Assembly (NCBI GenBank): GCA_902620265.1
Contig: CACNHI010000001.1
Location: forward strand, 1-57,545
Origin: an uncultured Pelagibacteraceae bacterium
GTDB taxonomy: Bacteria; Pseudomonadota; Alphaproteobacteria; Pelagibacterales; Pelagibacteraceae
Length of the DNA: 57,545 nt
Direction of reading: 5' to 3'
Below are positions 49,795 to 57,545 of this stretch, piece by piece (within the stretch, counting starts at the first letter, position 1; each line of letters starts with the position of its first letter). The notes beneath the pieces were generated by a model. The model saw only the letters and a program-made list of their open reading frames with translations. It was not told the origin of the DNA and searched no databases. The translations under genes and the position numbers were made by a program.

Positions 49795-51287
49795 TTTTTG
49801 TTTGCCATATATATTTCTAAATTTGCATTATAATTATCTATTAAATTACTTACTGATACTTCTACTGTATTAATTAAAGGTTCTGGATAAAATCCGAAAT
49901 ACAAACTTGGAATTGCTAATAAAGTTAAAATAATTACTTCTGATTTGTTTAAATCTACTAAGTTTTTTAAATCCTCATTTATAAGTTCACCAAAAACAAC
50001 TCTCTTATATAACCAGAGCATATATGCTGCACCAAGTATCACTCCTAAGCTCGCAATTACAGCAACTAAAAAATTATCTTTAAAAGCACCCATAAGTATC
50101 AAAAATTCTCCAATAAAACCTGTCGTACCTGGTAAACCAAGAGCTCCCAATGTAAAAATCATGAAAATTATTGAGTATTTAGGCATAACTTCTACTATTC
50201 CACCATATCTTTTAATCTCTCTTGTATGCATTCTTTCATAAATGACACCTACACATAAAAATAGTGCAGCAGAAATTATTCCATGACTGATCATTTGAAA
50301 GATGCTTCCTTCCAATCCCTGTTGTGTCATAGTAAAAATCCCAAGTGTGACAAAACCCATATGCGCAACTGATGAGTACGCTATTAATTTTTTCATATCT
50401 TCCTGCATAAGGGCGACTAAAGATGTATAAATAATTGCTATAAGACTCAGTACATAAACAAATGAGACAAAGTAATCTGAGCCAATTGGAAATAGACCTA
50501 TAGAAAATCTTATAAAGCCATATCCGGCCATTTTTAGAAGAATAGCTGCTAAAAGTACGGAGCCAGCAGTCGGTGCTTCTACATGTGCATCTGGAAGCCA
50601 TGTATGAACTGGCCACATTGGTGTTTTTACAGCAAATGAACTAAAAAATGCTAACCATAGAATTTTTTGATATTTGGCATCAATGCCAATTTCGTAAAGT
50701 TTTTCAACATCTGTAGTCCCAGATATCCAATAAATATAAATTATTGCTACAAGCATTAAAACTGAACCAAGTAGTGTATATAAGAAAAATTTAAAAGCTG
50801 AATAAACTCTTCGCGTACCACCCCAAATTCCAATTATCAAAAACATAGGTATCAAACCACCCTCAAAGAATAAATAAAAAATAACTAGATCTAAAGAACA
50901 GAAAACACCGATCATAAGGCTTTCCATTATCAATATAGCAACAAGAAAATCTTTTAAACGGTTTTTAATAGTACTGTTTACTGAAAGTATACATAACGGA
51001 GTAATAAAAGTTGTGAGAACTACAAATAAAATTGATATTCCATCCACACCCACCTTGTAATTTATAAATCCATAAATCCATTCTCTGTTTTCAACGAATT
51101 GGAAAGATGAGTTTGAATTATCAAATTTATACCAAAGATAGATTGATAAAATAAAATTAATTATACTGATAAAAACAGATATATATTTATGACTATTATA
51201 TTTTTCTGTTGATTTTGTAAAAAGAATAAATAAAGCACCAACTGTAGGAACACATATTAATAAACTTAAAATTGGTATATTCATCAT
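49791..51287 (-). CDS. nuoM: NADH-quinone oxidoreductase subunit M
   Basis: PVHTWLPDAHVEAP, AYSSVAHMG. Confidence 0.96.
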   Translation of the reverse strand: MMNIPILSLLICVPTVGALFILFTKSTEKYNSHKYISVFISIINFILSIYLWYKFDNSNSSFQFVENREWIYGFINYKVGVDGISILFVVLTTFITPLCILSVNSTIKNRLKDFLVAILIMESLMIGVFCSLDLVIFYLFFEGGLIPMFLIIGIWGGTRRVYSAFKFFLYTLLGSVLMLVAIIYIYWISGTTDVEKLYEIGIDAKYQKILWLAFFSSFAVKTPMWPVHTWLPDAHVEAPTAGSVLLAAILLKMAGYGFIRFSIGLFPIGSDYFVSFVYVLSLIAIIYTSLVALMQEDMKKLIAYSSVAHMGFVTLGIFTMTQQGLEGSIFQMISHGIISAALFLCVGVIYERMHTREIKRYGGIVEVMPKYSIIFMIFTLGALGLPGTTGFIGEFLILMGAFKDNFLVAVIASLGVILGAAYMLWLYKRVVFGELINEDLKNLVDLNKSEVIILTLLAIPSLYFGFYPEPLINTVEVSVSNLIDNYNANLEIYMANKK

Positions 51288-53197
51288 TTAATTATTAAAT
51301 AAGTTAATAAAGCTGAAAAGCCGACTAACATTATAAATGCATATTGATATATGTATCCAGATTGGAACTTTACTGCTTTGTTAGAAAGTATCTTAATTAT
51401 ACTAGATATACCATCAGGACCAAATCTATCAATTACAAGACCATCGATTTTTTTCCAAAAATAAAGACCAATTTTTTTTAGACTTTTTATGAATAAGAAT
51501 TCATAAATTTCATCAAAGTACCATTTATTTTTTAAAAAATTATAAAAAGGTCGATTGTTATCTACTATCACAGGTAGTAAATCTTTTCTTTTAACAAAAA
51601 AATAATAAGCTATAGGTATTGAAACAGTAACTAATGTAGGTGTTAAAAATATAAACCATTTTGGTGGATGCTCACTACTTAAAGGTTCTAGAAAAAAAAT
51701 TGATGAGTTCCAGAATTGATAACTTTTTTCAAAACCTATAAATAAATCTTTAAAAAAATAACCTGCGAAAATTGAGCCAATAGCTAAAATAATGAGAGGA
51801 ATTGTCATCACCATAGGTGACTCATGAATTTTTTCAATCTTTATTGACTGGTTATTATAATCTCCATGAAAAGTTTTGAATATTAACCTCCAGGAGTAAA
51901 TGGATGTCAACAAAGCAGTAAAAATTCCTATTGATGCTGCGTAATATCCTAGCGAACTATTTTTTAAGTAAGCAAACTCTATTATTGCGTCTTTAGAAAA
52001 AAATCCAGATAATAATGGAAAGCCTGTTAGAGCAAGAGTACCAATTAGCATTAGGGCATATGTAACAGGAAGCTTATCTTTTACCCCTCCCATATTACTT
52101 ATATTTTGTTCTTCATGGAAAGCATGAATCACAGAACCTGCTCCTAAGAATAGTAAAGCTTTAAAAAATGCATGAGTAAATAAATGAAACATAGCAACAT
52201 TATAAGCTCCTACACCAGTAGCAAAAAACATATATCCAAGTTGGCTGCATGTTGAATAAGCAATTATTTTTTTTATATCATCCTGTACTAAAGCAACGCT
52301 CGCAGCAAATATTGCCGTTGTCATTCCAATAATTGTTACAATCGATAAAGCAAACTCAGAATATTCATATAATGGAGAACACCTAACGACTAAAAATACA
52401 CCAGCTGTCACCATTGTGGCTGCATGAATTAATGCAGATACGGGAGTGGGTCCTTCCATTGCATCTGGAAGCCAGGTATGTAAAAAAAATTGAGCTGACT
52501 TACCCATTGCGCCAATAAATAGAAGGATACAAATTAGATCTATACTATTAACTTTTATACCAAGAAAATTTAATTCATCATTAATAAATAGATTAATTTG
52601 CTGAAAAACTTCATCATAATTTACTGTTCCAAATAAATAAAAGATTAAAAAAATTCCTAATGCAAAACCAAAATCTCCAACTCTATTTACTAAAAAAGCT
52701 TTGATAGCCGCGGAATTTGCAGAGTTTTTTTTAAACCAAAACCCAATTAAAAAATATGAGCAAAGACCTACACCTTCCCAGCCAAAAAATAATTGTAAAA
52801 AATTATCGGAGGTCACTAGAGTTAACATTGCAAAGGTAAATAATGACAAATAAGCCATAAATCTCGGTTTGTGTGGGTCATGAGACATATATCCAATGGA
52901 ATAGATGTGTACTAATGATGAAATTGAATTTACAACTACTAACATAACAGCCGAAAGTGCATCTATTTTGATAGACCAATTTACTTGCAGGCTTCCGGAA
53001 TTTATCCATTTTGCAATAAGTAAATTATTTTGATATCCGTTAAAAATTACGTCATAGAAAATAATGATTGATAGAATTGCGCTTATAGTTGTAAAGCCAC
53101 AAGTAATATAATTACAAAATTTTTCTCCAATAAATTTACTGAAAAAACCAGAAATAATTGCTGCTGTTAATGGTAAAAATAAAATAAAATATTCCAC
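51284..53197 (-). CDS. nuoL: NADH-quinone oxidoreductase subunit L
   Basis: GWEGVG, WLPDAMEGPTPVSALIH, HAFFKALLF; GTG start. Confidence 0.96.
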   Translation of the reverse strand: MEYFILFLPLTAAIISGFFSKFIGEKFCNYITCGFTTISAILSIIIFYDVIFNGYQNNLLIAKWINSGSLQVNWSIKIDALSAVMLVVVNSISSLVHIYSIGYMSHDPHKPRFMAYLSLFTFAMLTLVTSDNFLQLFFGWEGVGLCSYFLIGFWFKKNSANSAAIKAFLVNRVGDFGFALGIFLIFYLFGTVNYDEVFQQINLFINDELNFLGIKVNSIDLICILLFIGAMGKSAQFFLHTWLPDAMEGPTPVSALIHAATMVTAGVFLVVRCSPLYEYSEFALSIVTIIGMTTAIFAASVALVQDDIKKIIAYSTCSQLGYMFFATGVGAYNVAMFHLFTHAFFKALLFLGAGSVIHAFHEEQNISNMGGVKDKLPVTYALMLIGTLALTGFPLLSGFFSKDAIIEFAYLKNSSLGYYAASIGIFTALLTSIYSWRLIFKTFHGDYNNQSIKIEKIHESPMVMTIPLIILAIGSIFAGYFFKDLFIGFEKSYQFWNSSIFFLEPLSSEHPPKWFIFLTPTLVTVSIPIAYYFFVKRKDLLPVIVDNNRPFYNFLKNKWYFDEIYEFLFIKSLKKIGLYFWKKIDGLVIDRFGPDGISSIIKILSNKAVKFQSGYIYQYAFIMLVGFSALLTYLIIK

Positions 53198-53198
53198 T

Positions 53199-53510
53199 TT
53201 AACCTTTCAATTTCTCTATTTCCTCTACCCGAATTGTTCCAGAGTTTCTGTAGTAAACAACGATTATTGCAAGACCTATAGCTGCTTCTGCTGCTGCAAC
53301 AGTTAGAATAAATAAAGTAAAGATCTGCCCACTAATGTCATTCATATATATTGAAAATGATACTAGATTAATATTTACAGCAAGAAGGATTAATTCAATG
53401 CTCATCAATATCACAATTACGTTTTTTCTATTAAGAAATATTCCTACAATTCCAATAAGAAAAATAATTGCACCTAGTGTAAGGTAATGACCAATACCAA
53501 TTTCAATCAT
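53199..53510 (-). CDS. nuoK: NADH-quinone oxidoreductase subunit K
   Basis: [18 protein letters not shown]. Confidence 0.96.
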   Translation of the reverse strand: MIEIGIGHYLTLGAIIFLIGIVGIFLNRKNVIVILMSIELILLAVNINLVSFSIYMNDISGQIFTLFILTVAAAEAAIGLAIIVVYYRNSGTIRVEEIEKLKG

Positions 53511-54126
53511 CTATTTTAACTCCTTGGTGTGATTTTACATTGACAAGTGAGACACCGTCATTTCTTTCTCTTGATAATTGTTTAAAATAACTTTGCCTTT
53601 TTAAACCCTCTCTCTTTCTAAATGTAAGAACAATTGCGCCAATCATAGCAACAAGCAATACCATTCCAGATAATTGGAAGAGATGTATGTAATCTGTGTA
53701 TAAGACATTTCCTATAGAATGAGTATTAGTAACATCTGAAACGACTATTTTGTTCGATAGCTCAGGTTTATATTTCCATCCACCAATTACAATGATTACT
53801 TCAAAGAAAATTATAATGCTTACTAAAAGACCGATTGGCAAATGAGCAGAATTAGTTGAGGATTTAAACCAGGTATTTTTTTGTTTTGCTACATTTAACA
53901 TCATAACAACAAATAAAAATAAAACAGCAACTGCTCCAACATAAACTATGAGCATTATCATCCCTAAAAATTCAGCACCTATCATTATAAATAAGCTTGA
54001 AATACTAATAAAATCTAAAATTAAAAAGAAAACTGAATGTACTGTATTTTTAGAGACTGTAACCATAATTGCTGACACAACTGCAATAAATGAAAAAAAA
54101 TAAAAAAAAAATGCGTGTGCTATCAT
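53503..54126 (-). CDS. nuoJ: NADH-quinone oxidoreductase subunit J
   Basis: [26 protein letters not shown]. Confidence 0.95.
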   Translation of the reverse strand: MIAHAFFFYFFSFIAVVSAIMVTVSKNTVHSVFFLILDFISISSLFIMIGAEFLGMIMLIVYVGAVAVLFLFVVMMLNVAKQKNTWFKSSTNSAHLPIGLLVSIIIFFEVIIVIGGWKYKPELSNKIVVSDVTNTHSIGNVLYTDYIHLFQLSGMVLLVAMIGAIVLTFRKREGLKRQSYFKQLSRERNDGVSLVNVKSHQGVKIDD

Positions 54127-54129
54127 TAA

Positions 54130-54615
54130 TTATCTATAAGGATTATCTGCCTTAATATTTGCAGCCAAAACATTTTCCCATCTGTCTCCGTTTTCGAGTA
54201 ATTTTTCCTTATTGTAATATAATTCTTCTCTAGTTTCTGTTGCGAATTCAAAATTTGGTCCTTGTACTATCGCATCAACTGGACACGACTCTTCACACAA
54301 TCCACAGTATATACATTTCAGCATATCAATATCATATCTTGTTGTTTTTCTACTACCATCTTCTCTTTGTTCTGACTCTATGGTTATTGCCTGTGCAGGA
54401 CATACAGCTTCGCACAATTTACATGCAATACATCTTTCTTCTCCATTGGGATATCTTCTTAATGCGTGTTCACCTCTTGCTCTTGGACTAATCTTACCTT
54501 TTTCAAATGGATAATTTAGAGTTTTTTTTGCTTTGAAAGCCTCTCTAATTGCAATCTTTAAACCATTTAAGAAATCTAGCATGAATATAGTTTTTAAAAT
54601 TCTAGAAATTTTCAT
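54130..54615 (-). CDS. nuoI: NADH-quinone oxidoreductase subunit I
   Basis: Two CxxCxxCxxxCP motifs. Confidence 0.97.
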   Translation of the reverse strand: MKISRILKTIFMLDFLNGLKIAIREAFKAKKTLNYPFEKGKISPRARGEHALRRYPNGEERCIACKLCEAVCPAQAITIESEQREDGSRKTTRYDIDMLKCIYCGLCEESCPVDAIVQGPNFEFATETREELYYNKEKLLENGDRWENVLAANIKADNPYR

Positions 54616-54618
54616 AAA

Positions 54619-55617
54619 TTAAACCTTTGGCAGTAAATCAAAATATAATAAAAAACCTGCTGTTAACACTACCCATATTAATGAAAATGGTAAAAATATT
54701 TTCCATCCTAATTTCATAAGTTGATCATACCTATATCTCGGTACAATTGCTTTTACCAATGCAAAAAGTATAAATAAAACTAAGATTTTCATTATAAACC
54801 ATAATGCTGGAGGCACTAAATCGAATGGATAAATATTAATCGGTGACAGCCATCCACCTAAAAATAATATAGATCCCATCGCACACATAAGTAAAATATT
54901 TGCATACTCTCCCAACCAAAACATTGCATACATCATACCGGAATACTCAGTTTGATAGCCCGCAACTAATTCAGCCTCGGCCTCTGGTAAGTCAAATGGC
55001 GGACGATTTGTTTCTGCTAATGCAGATATAAAAAAAATAACAAACATGGGGAATAATGGTATTACAAACCACACTTTATCTTGTGCCAAAACTATGTCAG
55101 TAAGATTCAAAGATCCTACACAAAGTAATACATTTATAATTATTACTCCAATTGATACCTCGTATGAAACCATCTGTGCAGCAGATCTAATCGCTCCTAA
55201 AAACGGATATTTTGAGTTTGATGCCCAGCCACCCATAATAATACCATAAACACCTAGAGATGAGATTGCGAATAAATACAAAATTCCAACGTTTATATTT
55301 GCTAAAACAAAATCTTCACTGAATGGAATAACAGCCCATGAAATTAAAGCTAAGGTCATAGTAGTTATTGGAGCTAGTATAAAAACTATTTTATTTGAAC
55401 TTGCGGGTATAATGATTTCTTTAAAGATATATTTGAGAGCGTCTGCTAAAGATTGAAATAAACCAAATGGGCCAACAACATTTGGGCCTTTTCTTTTTTG
55501 AACAAATGCCCAAACTCTTCTGTCTAACCAAACAATCATAGCAACCGCTGTTAATAAGGGCAATAATAAGAACAAAATTTTATATGTTTGTGAAATTAGC
55601 GTGTAAAAATATTCCAT
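54619..55617 (-). CDS. nuoH: NADH-quinone oxidoreductase subunit H
   Basis: [33 protein letters not shown]. Confidence 0.97.
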   Translation of the reverse strand: MEYFYTLISQTYKILFLLLPLLTAVAMIVWLDRRVWAFVQKRKGPNVVGPFGLFQSLADALKYIFKEIIIPASSNKIVFILAPITTMTLALISWAVIPFSEDFVLANINVGILYLFAISSLGVYGIIMGGWASNSKYPFLGAIRSAAQMVSYEVSIGVIIINVLLCVGSLNLTDIVLAQDKVWFVIPLFPMFVIFFISALAETNRPPFDLPEAEAELVAGYQTEYSGMMYAMFWLGEYANILLMCAMGSILFLGGWLSPINIYPFDLVPPALWFIMKILVLFILFALVKAIVPRYRYDQLMKLGWKIFLPFSLIWVVLTAGFLLYFDLLPKV

Positions 55618-55620
55618 ATA

Positions 55621-57545
55621 TTATCCATACGTTCCTGTCTTTTTAACTTTTGAAAGACTATTTCTACATGCAGACATTGTTTTTGAGGCTCTTGCAATTA
55701 CATTGCTATAATAATAATCTATTTCACTCACATGAATTTTTTCATTCTCAAATTCACCTTTTGTTTTTGGTAAAGGATTTGATGCTTTTTCTTTTTTTAG
55801 TTTTAAGTAGTTTATCATACTGTCTACTAGTTCATTTTTATCATTAAATAATTTTTTTCTTTTTATTAATTCTGATAATTTATTTATAATTTCCCAATCT
55901 TCTAAAGCATCACCGGGAGGGTATGAAGCCTTATACGTTTTTTGTAATCTACCCTCTAGATTTGTATAATGCGATTCTTTTTCTGTATAAGCAGCTCCTG
56001 GTAATATTAGATCTGAAATTTCAGCACCTTTGTCTCCATGCGTCCCAATATAAACAACAAATTCATTTTTCTTTGTAAAATCTAAATTATCTTGTCCAAA
56101 TAAAAATATAATTTCATTTGTGTTTTTTTGGATTTTTTCTAAAGTTGAATTTCCACTACTTTCAGAACTAATTAGATCTAAATCATACGCGCCCACAGTC
56201 GATGAGTGATTTGAGATGACTCCTATTGGATTCCAATCTTCATTAACTTTACCATTAGATTTTAGAAAATTATTCAAATTATCAAATAAACTTTGAGCTG
56301 ATTTTAGTTTAAAAAATGATTGTCCAAGAATAACTATTGGCTTTTTTGCTGAAATTATTTTTTTACTTAATTCATTATCTCCATTGGTCAAAGTTATAAT
56401 TTCTGAGGTATCATTGGGTAAAATTTTGTATGGATATGTCAAATCACCAACATCACCATAACTAAAAATTTGTAAATTATTGCTTAAATATGATTTTCTT
56501 ATTCTTGAATTTAATATAGTAGCTTCGTACCTTGGATTAGTGCCAATCATAATAATTAAGTCACTTTGTTCAATCCCATTTAAAGTTGGATTAAATATAT
56601 AGTTTGATCGGTTTCTATTATCTATGTATATGTGATCAGATCTACAATCTAAGTTTGGGGATTTAATTGTCTTTTCAAAAAACTCTTTGACAATATACAT
56701 TGTTTCCATATCGGTCAAATCGCCAGTAATACCTGCAATGTTATCGGGTAAAACACTTTCAATTTTTTTTTTCAGAATATCGTAAGCTTCATTCCAAGTT
56801 ATTTTTTCAAATTTCCCGTCTTTTTTTACGAAAGGTGTATCTAGTCTTTGATTTTTTAGTCCGTCGCATGCATATCTGGTTTTATCTGATATCCATTCTT
56901 CATTTATATCATCATTATTTCTTGGAAGTACTCTTTTTACTTCCCACCCGTAAGTGTCAACTCTGATATTTGATCCGACTGCATCCATTACATCAATTGT
57001 TTCAGTTTTTTTCAATTCCCAAGGCCTTGCTTCAAAAACATATGGTTTTGATGTTAATGCGCCAACAGGACAAAGATCTACGACATTAGCTGAAAGTTCC
57101 GACTCCATAGCTTTCTCCAAATAAGTTGTAATTTGCATGTCTTCACCTCGACCTATTGCGCCTATTTCTGGTACTCCAGCAATTTCGGTAGCAAATCTTA
57201 CACACCTTGTACAATGTATGCATCTTGTCATTTGAGTTTTTATAAGTGGGCCCATATACTTCTCTGGTACATATCTTTTGTTTTCTTTAAACCTTGATTT
57301 ATCAACTCCGTAGTACATTGATTGATCTTGAAGATCACATTCGCCTCCTTGATCACAAACAGGACAATCTAATGGGTGATTAACAAGTAGAAATTCCATT
57401 ACTCCTTTTCTTGCTTTTTCAACAAGTGGAGTGTTTGTTTTAATGTTCATTCCTTCAGTAGCAGGCATAGCACACGATGCTATTGGTTTAGGAGATTTTT
57501 CCATTTCTACTAAACACATTCTACAATTTCCAGCTATAGATAATC
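55621..57545 (-). CDS. nuoG: NADH-quinone oxidoreductase subunit G (5' end outside the window)
   Basis: The frame stays open to the edge (..LSIAGNCRMCLVE); HPLDCPVCDQGGEC, RCIHCTRCVRF. Confidence 0.96.
   Translation of the reverse strand, partial: LSIAGNCRMCLVEMEKSPKPIASCAMPATEGMNIKTNTPLVEKARKGVMEFLLVNHPLDCPVCDQGGECDLQDQSMYYGVDKSRFKENKRYVPEKYMGPLIKTQMTRCIHCTRCVRFATEIAGVPEIGAIGRGEDMQITTYLEKAMESELSANVVDLCPVGALTSKPYVFEARPWELKKTETIDVMDAVGSNIRVDTYGWEVKRVLPRNNDDINEEWISDKTRYACDGLKNQRLDTPFVKKDGKFEKITWNEAYDILKKKIESVLPDNIAGITGDLTDMETMYIVKEFFEKTIKSPNLDCRSDHIYIDNRNRSNYIFNPTLNGIEQSDLIIMIGTNPRYEATILNSRIRKSYLSNNLQIFSYGDVGDLTYPYKILPNDTSEIITLTNGDNELSKKIISAKKPIVILGQSFFKLKSAQSLFDNLNNFLKSNGKVNEDWNPIGVISNHSSTVGAYDLDLISSESSGNSTLEKIQKNTNEIIFLFGQDNLDFTKKNEFVVYIGTHGDKGAEISDLILPGAAYTEKESHYTNLEGRLQKTYKASYPPGDALEDWEIINKLSELIKRKKLFNDKNELVDSMINYLKLKKEKASNPLPKTKGEFENEKIHVSEIDYYYSNVIARASKTMSACRNSLSKVKKTGTYG

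Noticed and set aside
1159-55847. Many short antisense or alternate-frame ORFs in the track (for example 1159..1491, 9606..10055, 37580..37945, 50236..50616)
   Set aside because: All lie within well-supported genes, have low-complexity F/L/I/S-rich translations typical of antisense frames in AT-rich DNA, and show no motifs.
55621-57519. Apparent N-terminal truncation of NuoG
   Set aside because: The frame is open to the window edge; the true start lies outside the window.

Overview
A very AT-rich, densely packed, almost entirely core-genome segment of a streamlined alphaproteobacterium. Gene content, gene order, composition and tiny or overlapping intergenic spaces point to SAR11/Pelagibacterales (inference). 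Left to right it holds: the aapJQMP amino-acid ABC transporter; an orphan GT4 glycosyltransferase just downstream of tRNA-Arg(UCU); ntrY-ntrX-trkA-trkH; ispDF-pgpA-pncC; tpiA-secG-pyrG-kdsA-eno-ftsB-lipA-ratA; ppiD-trpEGDC-lexA-gltX; rpsB-tsf-frr-uppS-cdsA-dxr-bamA-skp-fabZ-lpxD-lpxA-lpxI-lpxB; and nuoG-N-birA-coaX-rnj-proS-lolC-lolD-dnaE. I see no mobile element, prophage, CRISPR array or defence system, and no new multi-gene system. The most interesting signals are regulatory or structural. (1) The pyrG upstream region has a -10 box followed by T-C-C-A(TG) at positions 6-9, suggesting a CTP-sensing start-site switch that makes a leaderless mRNA only when CTP is low (hypothesis). (2) ntrY is split by a 1-nt deficit in an A6 run and also lacks its PAS domain. 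(3) The aapJ mRNA appears bracketed by 5' and 3' hairpins. (4) There are two LexA boxes and a pseudoknotted rpsB leader. (5) Several genes are missing from canonical alphaproteobacterial loci (pyrH, rseP, pdhABC, dusB-ntrBC, moaC-moeA, comEC, gltA).
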